NCBI GenBank assembly: GCA_033119305.1
Contig: VSWD01000013.1
Coordinates: 8,623,032-8,687,031, forward strand
Direction of reading: 5' to 3'
Length of the DNA stretch: 64,000 bases
DNA from: Pinctada imbricata
Taxonomy: Eukaryota
The translations under genes were made by a program, and so were the position numbers. Under the pieces are notes generated by a model. It did no database searches, was not told the origin of the DNA, and saw nothing but the letters and a program-made list of their open reading frames with translations. Within the stretch, counting starts at the first letter, position 1; every line of letters begins with the position of its first letter. Positions 47,116 through 59,235 of the stretch are shown one piece after another.

Positions 47116-47245
47116 GTACCTAATGACTGCTCCGATAGTAGCTTTGCTCGTCTACCAACAGACTGGATAGCAGTGTTCCATTACGGAGAAGGAACAGGGA
47201 ATTCTGTGGATGAACTCAGTGCTAGGTGTTCTGTTATAGATAGAG
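47116..47245 (+). CDS. candidate exon of a PA (protease-associated)-domain-like protein. Low confidence; no homology search was possible
   Basis: Acceptor TTTTCCATGTAG|GTACCT. VPNDCSDSSFARLPTDWIAVFHYGEGTGNSVDELSARCSVIDR. Donor AGA|GTAGGT at 47246. It is in phase with the next exon. Confidence 0.3.
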
Positions 47246-47463
47246 TAGGTATCATTTAACATGTTTATGTTTATAAATGAAGTAATTGAGATTTTAAGGT
47301 TAAAAATTTTCAGTTCTACAATTGATATGACAAAGCTTATGTTCATATTATATGAAATATTTAAAATTATTTGTCAGGTTACCTGGTAATTTTCATGTTG
47401 TACAATGCATATTTCATGTATTTATTACTCATTATAAAGCCATTTATTCCATCTCAATAACAG

Positions 47464-47535
47464 ATGCAGAAAGCCTTGATGTTTGGAGCCTCTGCCATTA
47501 TCATCCTTACTCTGAATCCTAAACTTCTAAAGGAG
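47464..47535 (+). CDS. candidate exon 2 of the same gene
   Basis: Acceptor TCTCAATAACAG|ATGCAG. MQKALMFGASAIIILTLNPKLLKE resembles the KAxxAGAxAxIIxN core of PA domains. Donor AAGGAG|GTAAGA at 47536. This donor is the first unit of a tandem array of the same 22-bp sequence. Confidence 0.3.
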
Positions 47536-47620
47536 GTAAGAACTTCTAAAGGAGGTAAGATGAACTTCTAAAGGAGGTAAGATAAACTTCTAAAGGAGGT
47601 AAAATAAACATCTAAAGGAG
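47519..47620. repeat. tandem array of the 22-bp unit ATAAACTTCTAAAGGAGGTAAG (left part), which duplicates the exon end and splice donor. A right part in the same orientation lies at 48217..48338
   Basis: ...CCTAAACTTCTAAAGGAGGTAAGAACTTCTAAAGGAGGTAAGATGAACTTCTAAAGGAGGTAAGATAAACTTCTAAAGGAGGTAAAATAAACATCTAAAGGAGGAAAG. Each unit contains AAGGAG|GTAAGA. Confidence 0.85.
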
Positions 47621-47624
47621 GAAA

Positions 47625-48216
47625 GGGAGCAACGATTTGGTTTTTAGGGGGGGGGGGGCAGGAAGACTTTGCAAAAAAAAATTTCCGGATCGAAATTTTA
47701 GGGAAAAAAAATTTCCGGCCCAAAGGGCCGGCAAAATTTTTTTTCCGGATCATGAAATTGCCCCTCCCCCCTCTCTTCCAATCTTTCCATTGCCCAGTAA
47801 ACCCTTTTTTGTGTATCATAAACTAAGTATAAAAAATGGAACAAACTTTATGAAATTTCGAGTGAATAAATCAAATTCAAAATTCATTAGCACCATATAG
47901 CCTGTCTCCGTTGAATATCCTTTAAGTGAATAGATTATAGGCATCATATGCCATTCAAGAAATTAAAATGAAGTGATCTGCTGGCAATAGATGAACTCAT
48001 TCTGTGTTTGATGTTTAATATGACCGAAAAATCACGCTGAATTATTTAAACTTTAGAGTAATTTTCAACATTGGAAAATTTCAACAAAAAAAAAAAAATA
48101 ATCTGGCACAAAGGGCCGGTGAAAAAAATTTTCCGGCTCTTGAAATGGCCGAAAAAAAATTTCCAGCTGGCAAAAGTATTCCTGCCCCCCCCCATAAAAA
48201 TCAAATGGTTGCTCCC
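47625..48216. mobile_element. 592-bp MITE with ~40-bp TIRs containing (G)12/(C)9 runs, inserted into the 22-bp array
   Basis: Left GGGAGCAACGATTTGGTTTTTAGGGGGGGGGGGGCAGGAA. Right TTCCTGCCCCCCCCCATAAAAATCAAATGGTTGCTCCC, the reverse complement with 3 mismatches. Internal subterminal AAAATTTCCGG repeats and the palindrome CCGGCCCAAAGGGCCGG. The TSD is unclear (AAAG / TAAG). Confidence 0.7.
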
Positions 48217-48351
48217 TAAGATAAACTTAATTCTAAAGGAGGTAAGATAAACTTCTAAAGGAGGTAAGATAAACTTCTAAAGTAGGTAAGATAAACTTCT
48301 AAAGGAGGTAAGATTAACATTTAAAGGGTAAGTAATGAGATCAGTAATATA

Positions 48352-48718
48352 CCTGTCAACTTTCCCTCTTTTGGGGCACATCTCCCTCCTAAAATTACAA
48401 TCTCCCTCCTTGGACGGAGTCTCCCTCTTTTGGGCGACATCTCCCACTTTTATAATTTTTCCATTAAAAAGAGTACATTGTAATGAATTTTAAATAAAGA
48501 TGGATTGCTGTCAGCAAAGTGTCCACCCTGTACAATGATAGCATCATATTCAGTCAATATTTAAACATTTTCTTAAACTTTGAGGGTTAGCATTTAATAA
48601 AATTGTTCAAAAGATGGTTCCCTCCAAATGTCGCAAAATTGTTTCACGCATAACCTCCCTTTTTATCATCTATCAAGGAGGGAGATCTCCCTCTTTTGAG
48701 AAAGTCAAAGTTGACAGG
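48352..48718. mobile_element. 367-bp MITE with 12-bp TIR CCTGTCAACTTT and a TA target-site duplication (Tc1/mariner or Stowaway-like), inserted into the same array
   Basis: TA|CCTGTCAACTTTCCCTCTTTTGG...CTCTTTTGAGAAAGTCAAAGTTGACAGG|TA. Internal TCTCCCTCCT / GAGGGAGATCTCCCTC repeats. Confidence 0.7.
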
Positions 48719-49274
48719 TATGGATCAGTAAACACATTTGGAGGGGGTAGGATAAAGAGCTAAAGGGCAATGTGATAAGCTTCTAGAGGAGTTAAGATGG
48801 TCTTTTGATAGAGGCAACAAAGTTCAAGTTAATTAGGTACATGTACTTTCAAAGTGTGTGCCAATGGAGATAATTTCCTGTAGACATGAGTATATTTAGA
48901 TGAGTTTCACAAGGTACCAAAAACTTCCTTGACTATAGGCAAGATTACACTGCTGAACTGTATACATACAGGGATTAAATTTTGCCCATTATTATTTTTT
49001 TATTGACTGAAAACAAGAGGATGCATTCAAGACAGGGCCAATACAAGTATATATACATGTTTATGTACAAAGAATTGATTTTAAAATAAAACTATTAAAT
49101 TTAGGATATCCAGTCTTAATAGTATATCACAATATGGCAAAAATAAAGACTGGTCAAATTCCAAGCTGTATACAGTATCAAGAGTAAATGGCTCATAATA
49201 ATGTTTTTTTCTTTCAACATGTTCAACGTTTGACAGAAAATGTGACAGTAATTTTTGAAATATTTATTTTCTAG

Positions 49275-49360
49275 TTGGATACCAAACAGATGTTCTCCTG
49301 TCCTGTTATCATTGTAGATGCTGTAGAGAATGTTACAAATTTTGTCAATGTCTTAAAAAG
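49275..49360 (+). CDS. candidate exon 3 of the PA-domain-like gene
   Basis: Acceptor TATTTATTTTCTAG|TTGGAT. LDTKQMFSCPVIIVDAVENVTNFVNVLK. Donor AAAAAG|GTATGG (phase 2). Confidence 0.25.
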
Positions 49361-50080
49361 GTATGGCTATAAGACTATGATCATAATTATACATGTACAT
49401 GTACCTTAATACAGTGACTATCACCATAAAACAAAATACATGAAATAATACCATGAAAAAAAGGTCAGAAAACAGTATCATATTGCACGTAGTCATGATA
49501 CATACATGTACATGTAAGTTTTATATACTTTTCATTGTCCTATACATTGTACCTCCATCGAACGAATACAAATTAGAGTTATTACGTACAATATAATGTC
49601 TGTGATGCATCTGTACGCCCCATACTTCTTCTAAACTTTTCAAAAATATGTTGTCCATGCTGATGATGCAGTAGCTTAAAAAAAAGAGCTGCAAATGACA
49701 TCATAGGAGGAAGTTATAGGGTAAACAGTATACTCTTTCTAACCATTTAGAATCTGAAATATTTTTTCATTTTTTCAATTAAATGTATTTTTTAAAGTTA
49801 ATCAAAGCCATACTAATGTCCTCTATGTAGAGAGAGATCATTCATATACATGTATGGTATGAAGTATGCAACTTTTATATTTTATAACTCAGTATTTATC
49901 ATGTGTCACCAAATAAGGCAAAAGTCTCTCTTTTGGTATACATGTACATGTATATCATAATATTTGATGATCAGCTGATTAAATATTTTTAATGAATTAT
50001 CTGTAAAATAAAAAAAAATCTGTATATGAATATATAAAATAAAAGTTAATTTGAATTTCATGAATTTATTTTGAATTTTA

Positions 50081-50271
50081 GCAAAATGAAGGCAAAGGCA
50101 AAGATCATGCAAAGAAACATAAAGAAAGGACTAGAGGTAACTGGAAAATTCATTTATACTGATGTTACTTTTGAGAACAAACTTGGTGATATGAAGATTG
50201 CACTACAGATGCCCTTACATGATTACATAACATTGTATTATAAAACAGGAATAAAGTATAGGAAAGACTAA
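50081..50271 (+). CDS. candidate exon 4, possibly terminal, of the same gene
   Basis: Acceptor TGAATTTTAG|C. (S)KMKAKAKIMQRNIKKGLEVTGKFIYTDVTFENKLGDMKIALQMPLHDYITLYYKTGIKYRKD*. An alternative internal donor CTAGAG|GTAACT lies at 50137. Confidence 0.2.
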
Positions 50272-50994
50272 TTGTATTACAAATTAGGTTTCAATATGTG
50301 GGATTTGCATCTGGAATATGAAGATTTTAATATTAGTAACTCCTTGTTTGGACTCTGAAGCAGTTGTGAAGCATGGCTGAAAGCCCAGAGCATTTCCTGC
50401 ATGATTAGCAGAGTTCTGGGAAATTATCAGTAATACTGCATTGGTCCTCAAAAAATGTTTGATTCAATCAAAGATCATGACATCACATTTACTTTCATTT
50501 GGTCTGAGAAAAATCCTTAAACAGCCCACATTTCACTGGAGATTTCTAGAAATCTGGATTACTGGAAAATAGGAATTAAGATGATAATTCTTCAAAGTGA
50601 TGTTGGTCTAAAATGATCATGTTGCATGTTTTAGCCGGTAACTAATGCCATCATGGGATGATATTACTTTAGATTCTGATTGTCTTTATTTTATTCAAAT
50701 ATGTCTCTCATTCTGCATGTTCTGCTAGTATGTGTATGTGCCTGATATGGCCATTCACTTATTGTACTGTATCATTATGATACATGTAATTACTAGGGGT
50801 GAAATGATATGTAAAATGTGTATCACGATGTATTGCGATATTTTATAAGCTGTATTGCAATTTATTGTGATATATTGCTTCTTATCAGTTTTTATGTAAA
50901 ATCAGATTCCTCTGTGTATGTTTGTCCATACTGTTAATATTTCCTGATTGAATTTCACATTTTTAATGCCATTGAATCCTTTTGATTGGTTTTT

Positions 50995-52410
50995 AGCTCT
51001 ACTGGTCTCAGACCAGTCGAGCTTATGCGATACCCCGTCATCCGGCGTCCGTCCATCGGTCCGTCTGTCCGTCCGTAAACAATTCTTGTGCTCGCAACTC
51101 CTCTGAAAACATTGGTGATAGAAAGTTAATTCTTTTTGCATCCTACTTGGTATGTGGTCTAGTTGTGCACCTGACATTTTGTTTCAGCCCCTGACCCTCA
51201 GGGTCTTAGAAAATGGGCGTGGTTATGTAATCTTGTGCTCGCAACTCCTCTGACACTATAAATGATGGAGACTTAATTCTTTTTGCAATATGATAAGTCT
51301 GTGGTCTAGTTGTGCACCTGATATTTTGTTTGAGCCCCTGACCCCCAGGGTCTTAGAAAATGGGTGTGGTCATTTTTTCCTATATAAGTCTATGTAATCT
51401 TGTGCTCGCAACTCCTCTGACACTATAAATGATGGAGACTTAATTCTTTTTGCAATATGATAAGTCTGTGGTTTAGTTGTGCACCTGATATTTTGTTTGA
51501 GCCCCTGACCCCCAGGGTCTTAGAAAATGGGTGTGGTCATTTTCACCTAAATAACTCTATGTAATCTTGTGCTTGCAACTCCTCTGACACTATAAATGAT
51601 GGAGACTAAATTCTTTTTGCAATATGATAAGTCTGTGGTGTAGTTGTGCACCTGATATTTTGTTTGAGCCCCTGACCCCCAGGGTCTTAGAAAATGGGTG
51701 TGGTCATTTTCACCTACATGTACATGTATATAACTCTATGTAATCTTGTGCTCGCAACTGAGCCTGTGACACTATAAATGATGGAGACTCAATTCTTTTT
51801 GCAATATGATAGGTCTGTGATCTTGTTGTGCACCTGATATTTTGTTTGAGCCCCTGACCCCCAGGGTCTTAGAAAATGGATGTGGTCATTTTTTCCTATA
51901 TAACTCTATGTAATCTTGTGCTCGCAACTCTTCTGACACTATAAATGATGGAGACTTAATTCTTTTTGCAATATGATAGGTCTGTGGTCTAGTTGTGCAC
52001 CTGATATTTTGTTTGAGCCCCTGACCCCCAGGGCCTCAGAAAATGGGTGTGGTCATTTTCACCTATATAACTCTATGTAATCTTGTGCTTGCAACTCCTC
52101 TGACACTATAAATGATTGAGACTTAATTCTTTTTGCAATACTATAGGTCTATGGTCAAGTTGTGCACCTGATATTTTGTTTGAGCCCCTGACCCCCAGGG
52201 TCTTAAAAATGGGTGTGGTCATTTTCACCTATTTATCTATGTAATCTTGTGCACACTTCTCCTCTTACACTATAAATGATGGAGACTTTAAAATTCTTTT
52301 TATAATATGATGGGTCTGTGGTCTAGTTGTGCACCTGATATTTTGTTTGAGCCCTAATGACCCCAGGGTCTTAGAAAATGGGTGTAGTCACTTTCTCTTA
52401 TATAATTGTG
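50995..52410. mobile_element. satellite-carrying element: a 5' head (AGCTCTACTGGTCTCAGACCAGTCGAGCTTATGCGATACCCC), then a (GTCC/GTCT)n-type microsatellite, then ~7.5 tandem ~172-bp units. Helentron/HINE-like by architecture (hypothesis)
   Basis: Microsatellite TCCGGCGTCCGTCCATCGGTCCGTCTGTCCGTCCGT at 51042-51077. Units TAATCTTGTGCTCGCAACTCCTCTGACACTATAAATGATGGAGACTTAATTCTTTTTGCAATATGATAAGTCTGTGGTCTAGTTGTGCACCTGATATTTTGTTTGAGCCCCTGACCCCCAGGGTCTTAGAAAATGGGTGTGGTCATTTT... Confidence 0.6.
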
Positions 52411-53165
52411 CTCTCAACTCATGCAACTCTAAAGCTATCAATGATGAAAACTTTGTTCTTTATGCATAATATAATGGCTCTGTAGTCTTATTGTGTTATT
52501 GATAGGTCATTTGAGATAGCAGCCCCTGACCCCTAGGATCTTGAAAAATTGATGTGGCATTATTTTTTGAAATCCTTTATCTCAGATATAATGAATTGTA
52601 TGTCAAGTGATATTCTACAGTAGAAGTTGCAGTCTAATGGATATGTTGTTTTGTTGTGCTACTTATAATTTGTTGGAGTGCCTGCTCCTGTGATTCAGAT
52701 TGGCGTCGGCCATCGGCCATTTGCCGATAAAAACTCTGAATGGCCGATTAATGTGTCCTGCATCTGCCGAAATGGCCTATGCCTTTCCCGTTCGTCTGAC
52801 ATATTGGCCGATAATATTTTCCCATAAGCGGACACAATTTAAGGTCGAGTTGACTCGGTACCTCAATAAACATGTAACAACAGTTTTCATTGGATGATAA
52901 AAAAAGAGTCCGTTGTACAAGCGCTTTATGTAATGATGACTCGGCGAATGCTTGTTAAAGCGTGTAAATAACTGAGTCAAATAAAAGCTGCGTCTGGGCG
53001 AGGGCCAGCAAACTTTGTTTAATTTGATCAAAGAATCTCCAAGCGGCGGCCCCCTTGTGGCGGTCTCCCACAGCACTCCTGACACCCCGAAGTTCAGATT
53101 GAACAACCTGAACCTACTCTTTATAGAAAAATCCAGCAGAAATGGGTAACCCTATACCCTTTGTT

Positions 53166-55008
53166 AGCTCACCTCGACGAAGTTGAGTGAGCTTATGCTA
53201 TAACCCCACGCGTCCGCGTCCGCGTCCTCGTCCGCGGCCGCGTCCTCGTCCGCGGCCGCGTCCTCGTCCGCGTCCGCGTCCGCGTCCGTGTCCGCGTCCG
53301 TGTCCGCGTCCGCGTCCGGTTAAGAAGTTTGGGGTAGCTCAGTATCTGACAAAGTACTAATGCTACAGTAACCAAACTGGCACAAGTGATTCATCTTTGG
53401 ATGCTGAGGTGAACCCATGCATCGGATGCAGCATCTGACCTACATTTTCTGCTTGAGTGACTTGGTTAAGAAGTTTGGGGTAGCTCAGTATCTGACAAAG
53501 TACTAATGCTACAGTAACCAAACTGGCACAAGTGATTCATCTTTGGATGCTGAGGTGAACTCATGCATTGTATGCAGCATCTGACCTACATTTTCCGCTT
53601 GAGTGACTTGGTTAAGAAGTTTGGGGTAGCTCAGTATCTGACAAAGTACCGATGCTACAGTAACCAAACTTGCACAAGTGATTCATCTTTGGATGCTGAG
53701 GTGAACCCATGCATGGGATGCAGCATCTGACCTACATTTTCCGTTTGAGTGACTTGGTTAAGAAGTTTGGGGTAGCTCAGTATCTGACAAAATACTAATG
53801 CTACAGTAACCAAACTTGCACAAGTGATTCATCTTTGGATGCTGAGGTGAACCCATGCATCGTATGCAGCATCTGACCTACATTTTCCGCTTGAGTGACT
53901 TGGTTAAGAAGTTTGGGGTAGCTCAGTATCTGACAAAGTACTGATGCTACAGTAACCAAACTTGCATAAGTGATTCATCTTTGGATGCTGAGGTGAACCC
54001 ATGCACCATATGCAGCATCTGACCTACATTTTACGCTTGAGTGATTTGGATAAGAAGTTTGGGGTAGCTCAGTATCTGACAAAGTACTAATGCTACAGTA
54101 ACCAAACTTGCACAAGTGATTCATCTTTGGATGCCGAGATGGACCCATGCATCGGATGCAGCATCTGACCTACTTTTTCCACTTGAGTGATTTCGCTTTT
54201 AAAAGCCAATATTGAGCAAAGTATAAGTGCTACATGCACCAAACTTGCATATTGGATGTATCTTTAATCAAACTTTCATAAAATGACCTTGACCTACTTT
54301 TTCTGCTTGAGTGATTTTGCCTTTAAAAGCCAATATTGAGCAAAGTATAAGTGCTAGATGTTCCAAACTTGCATATTAGATGTATCTTTGATCAAACTTT
54401 CATAAAATGACCTCGACCTACTTTTTCCGCTTGAGTGATTTTGCCTTTAAAAGCCAATATTGAGCAAAGTATAAGTGATACATGTACCAAACTTGCATAT
54501 TGGATGTATCTTTGATCAAACTTTCATAAAATGACCTTGACCTACTTTTTCCGCTTGAGTGATTTTGCCTTTAAAAGCCAATATTGAGCAAAGTATAAGT
54601 GCTACATGTACCAAACTTGCATATTGGATGTATCTTTGATCAATCTTTCATAAAATGACCTCGACCTACTTTTTCCGCTTGAGTGATTTTGCCTTTAAAA
54701 GCCAATATTGAGCAAAGTATAAGTGATACATGTACCAAACTTGCATATTGGATGTATCTTTGATCAATCTTTCATAAAATGATCTTGACCTACTTTTTCC
54801 GCTTGAGTGATTTTGCTCTATAAAGCCAATATTGAGCAAAGTATAACTGCTACATGTACCAAACTTGCATATTGGATGTATCTTTGATCAAACTTTCATA
54901 AAATGACCTTGACCTACTTTTTCTGCTTGAGTGGTTTTGCCTTTAAAAGCCAATATACATGTACTAAGAAATATGTTTGAATTGAATTTTGCTGTCACGA
55001 GGTGAGCT
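53166..55008. mobile_element. 1.84-kb satellite-carrying element. Head (AGCTCACCTCGACGAAGTTGAGTGAGCTTATGCTATAACCCC), then a (CGTCCG)n microsatellite, then two consecutive arrays (~147 bp x6, then ~121 bp x6.5). The tail carries the inverse of the head terminus
   Basis: Head terminus AGCTCACCTCG (53169-53179) and tail CGAGGTGAGCT (54998-55008) are reverse complements. The head motif GAGCTTATGC.ATA.CCCC is shared with the element at 50995. Type 1 units GTTAAGAAGTTTGGGGTAGCTCAGTATCTGACAAAGTACTAATGCTACAGTAACCAAACT... Type 2 units ATTTTGCCTTTAAAAGCCAATATTGAGCAAAGTATAAGTG... Both end ...GACCTAC.TTTT.CGCTTGAGTGA. ORF 53193..53375 (RTRTRT...) is a microsatellite translation. Confidence 0.6.
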
Positions 55009-56824
55009 TTGTAATCTGTGATTACCTATGTTTATGGTATGGTGAAACTGCGGACGCCATGCTCTGTAAAATATGCCTTGATGCAAATAGAAACAATACC
55101 TTTACGCAAGGTAATAGACCACATCAAGTCTAACGACCATCAAACAGCACTGATAGTCCCACTTCTACAGGAAAACAATAAGAAGCCTCAGTTACACACC
55201 CAGGCCATTATTTTCAAGTTTGTAGACTTCAATTTTCATCTCCAGATTTGCTCAGATTGCACCATTTTGCTTTAAATTTGAACAAAATATTCGGATCCCC
55301 TTGCAAACTCGCGCCTTTGGCGCTCCGCTCGCGGCTATGCCGCGCAATGGCCTATACTTTTCCCATGTTAAGGACAAAATGGCCTATAATTTTTTTATGC
55401 TCTAGGCCATGTGTCCTATAGCTTCTGAAAACAGTCTGAATCACTGCTGCTCCCTATGGTCTTTGGTTTTAAATAAAATGTGGTTTTAAATAAAATGGAA
55501 ATTGATATTTATGTGTATGTATATTATTTACTTGCCAATGAGTGAATAAAACAAATCAACCAGGAGAGCTACAGTCTCGTCAGAGACTTCTGGTGTTATA
55601 ATTCATTTCACTTGGGATGATGTGGACCATGGGTCTCTTGTCCTCAATTAAACTGATTTAACTCAAACTGATTCAATAATTTATTCATATAATCTATCAG
55701 AGTGTGATATATTGTGATACTTTACATGAAGTTTTCAATATAATTCTGTTATAATTCTTCAAATTTGAAATAGAATTCTTATAATCTTTAGATAATGAAT
55801 ATTAGATGAAGGATCTGAAATGAATAAACAAAGCTACATTGTACATGTTGTTATTTTGAATGTAGTTTCCCCAGATAAAACTATGGTCGGCATGGGGAAG
55901 GAAATGGTATTTCTATGTTTATGTTATTTTGTAGTTTCCCAAGATAACACTAGGGTCGGCATGTGGAAGGAAATGGTATTCCCTTACGAAAAAAATCTAT
56001 ATGTGACATATAGGGATCTGCTATTGGTTACATATAGTTCTCTTATAGTCTTTACATATATGTGACATATAGGGATTTTAAATGCAAATTAGATGCAAAT
56101 GAGCTTCAACCTATACTTGCTGGCAGCTTCTACCTATATCATCTATAGTTGGCCTATATGTCTTTCACCTATATGTCCTCTTTATACTCCTCCTATACTT
56201 GAACTATACATGCATGTAGGTCACTTTCAGAGGTACCTGTATTCCCCCTATACTCTACCTATACATAGATAGGTAGATACATAGGTCCCATTCAGAAGTA
56301 TACCTATAGCTCACCTATACTTCCCATATAGGGCAAATATATGGGAATTTTAAGCATTCTGATTGGTTCTTTACCAAGTATTGAACATTACAGATCTGCA
56401 CATGCTGTACAAACATATCAACATATGACAAATATTCCCAATTATTGATGGTAAAAATAACTATCAAGACATAAAATTGAATTAACTTTTTATCTCACAT
56501 TAACACAACAAAGCAGTTGAAGTTCAAATCAATTTTAAAATGTAACATATTTATAGTTTTTCTGGTCTGGATCTGGATAGTTATGTCGCCTGGCCTTTTA
56601 CAGCATATGCGATGGAGGAAAGACCACAAGTGATGTTAGTTTCTCTGCTGGATGGCCGATCGAAAGGCCCCGGAACTTTTCACAAGCATGATTGTGTCTT
56701 CATGTAGGTTCCAATTGGTAATGGTCTTTGGAAAGTACGAATTTCTGTACGGTTCTGTATTACACTGGATGATCTTATAATATCCACGAGAATTACACAG
56801 AGAATGATTATGATGTTTCACAAC

Positions 56825-57594
56825 TAAGGGTGAAACGTTTACCAAATTTCCTAAACGTGTACACGGAGGGCTGTAAACGAAACGTAAACGTTTAAACGCT
56901 TCTTTGTATTTCTGTTGTGAATAGTGATATCCATTAGTGTTTATTTGCAGACATGGTCACAAATTCAACTTAGTTATTCTTTACTAGATCATATTCGTAA
57001 CTTTATTACGACATTCTGATGTTTCGCATATAGCAATAAAACTGTCCAAAAAAATCAAACTGTTATTTTCAAACATGTTTGATCAATTCCCACAATTCAA
57101 AAGTACAAGTTAGTTACAAAAACAGTAAGGTTGGACACCGGGCCATCGGGGGAAGGGCGTTAATGGGCGGTGAAAGGGGCGAAGAAATAGATGGCAGTGA
57201 CGGAGAAAGAGATGGTTGCGGCGGTGTCAATGTCATTGGACCACATCGGCTCTTTCTATAACAGGATAAGAATGATTTTCAGAATGATTTTCTTCCTGTC
57301 TTTTAAAAGCAATTGTTTAAAGTTTGTCCAGTGTGTTTGAATCAAGGAATGCGTACATAATTCCAACAGCACATACATGTACATTTTGTACGTATGTTAA
57401 GTGAAGAATCAATTGCCCGACTTCGCCACTTCAGGAGATCAATAGTAGTATGGAGTTTTTAGAGTAATAACAATATTTAAGAATTTCTTTTTATTGTATG
57501 TACAGTAGTTCGTGTACACGTTTAGAAATTATGTAAATGTTTACAGCCACTAAACGAAACGGCTCCGTGTACACGTGTAAACGTTTCACCCTTA
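56825..57594. mobile_element. 770-bp non-autonomous DNA transposon with perfect 18-bp TIRs and a perfect 8-bp TSD (hAT-like)
   Basis: TTCACAAC|TAAGGGTGAAACGTTTACC...GTAAACGTTTCACCCTTA|TTCACAAC. The arms carry additional matching blocks (CGTGTACACGGAG, GCTGTAAACGAAACG). No credible ORF; 57079..57261 is 60 aa. Confidence 0.85.
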
Positions 57595-57922
57595 TTCACA
57601 ACATGTAAAGAAGTTTGGAAATTGTCAAAGCGTTTTGGTATCTACACATTTTCTGTCCTTAATTTGGCCTGGTTCTACCTCTACTTCTACTTCTAACAGT
57701 CAGCCTCTGTCATCTAGCTGCATGACTATTCTGCCACGTTGGCTCTCCCTCTACTGGTACAATTGTACAGTACCCCGTAGTCTGAAAGTCAAAAAAGAGC
57801 AAAATTTATGATACTATATTCAGGAGAAATAGTGATGAACAATTGGACAAATTTTACTATTGATTATCTGGACACTATCAGAGGCTAGCTATTGATTCTG
57901 TACCGGTAATTATCGGGGTATC

Positions 57923-58452
57923 AGGACACTTCGTCACTAAGACAACTCGTAACAAGACAACTCGTAACCAAAAAAAGACAACTCGTAACCTGACCATTTT
58001 GGTGACGAGTTGTCTGGTCAATTCGTAACCAGGTGACACATCGGTCAAATTTTCTAAGTTTTGGTGACGAGTTTTTAACAATTTTTTCCGTTTTAATCAC
58101 GACTTTAATTTTAAAAAAACTTAGAAAATGTGACACATCGGTCAAATTTTCTACGTTTTGCATGTTTTGGTGACGAGTTTTTATCCAAATTTCTAATATA
58201 AGTTTTGGATTTTCTCTAAGTTTTTATCAAAAATTTTTCTTAGTTTTGGTGACGACTTTTTATCAAAATTTTTTCTTAGTTTTGGTGACGACTTTTTATC
58301 AAAATTTTTTCTAAGTTTTGGTGACGAGATATCTGGTCAAGTTGTCACCTGGTTACGAATTGACCAGACAACTCGTCACCAAAATAGTCAGGTTACGAGA
58401 TGTCTTTTTTTGGTTACGAGTTGTCTTGTTACGAGTTGTCTTGGTGACGAAG
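57923..58452. mobile_element. 530-bp foldback element: ~115-bp near-perfect inverted arms built from (GACAACTCGTAAC) subrepeats, with a central array of (TTTTGGTGACGAGTTTTT...CTAAG) repeats
   Basis: Left arm GGACACTTCGTCACTAAGACAACTCGTAACAAGACAACTCGTAACCAAAAAAAGACAACTCGTAACCTGACCATTTTGGTGACGAGTTGTCTGGTCAATTCGTAACCAGGTGACA. The right arm 58335-58452 is its reverse complement with ~5 differences. An 8-bp ATTATCGG occurs on both sides, offset 8 nt from the arms. Confidence 0.7.
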
Positions 58453-59235
58453 TGTCCAGCAATCATTATCGGAACCATCAAAGTTTTAAAAATGATGTTT
58501 AAAACCAGTGAAATACCATTCATGCTGTGTTCTTTTATACATCTACACACACTGCAAATGCATGAAACAGTGACACACAGTGACACTCTTCATATACATG
58601 TAGGTGCACATTTGCCCACTACCAACCCCCATTCCTTCCCCATTCTGTCCTCTTCCATCCCCCCATTCCTCTCACTTCCTGGCCCTTCCCCGGATTTAAA
58701 GTCATGACATTGGATATATCCACTGAAGAATTTTTAAGTCCCATGATGCAGTAGAGATAAGACATAAAAGTGCATTTTCTCCGCCCTTTTGTAAGATTTA
58801 GCTCCGATTACCTCTGTTCAGCTGTTAATTTACAACTAGCAAATCAATTATTTCTAATACACAAGGAAAACATAGCTTACCTTCTTGTTGGTCTAACATC
58901 AAAATTTCTCAGCTCTTCTAGTTCTACTGCATCTTTTCACAGAAAGTAAACAAATATTTGATGTAAATATCCCATCGACTGAGGTGCTTAGTATACCGAC
59001 GTGCTCAGTAGTTCACTTGGCTTCATGCGATCGTTTACTTTGCATTATTCACTTGTCTTTAGTGTATCACATAAATGCAGACGAAATTACGACGATTTTC
59101 ATCCAAACTTCAACTTTTCCGCCCGGACCTTTTAAAATCCGTCGTTTTGATTGGCTGTCTTCTAATCATGGACGTGTCGTACACAAACATTTCAAACTAA
59201 GATGCTTCATAAGATATACCTTTTTCTACATGAGT

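Noticed and set aside
53193-53375. 60-aa ORF encoding (RT)n
   Set aside because: It is a translation of the (CGTCCG)n microsatellite inside the satellite-carrying element.
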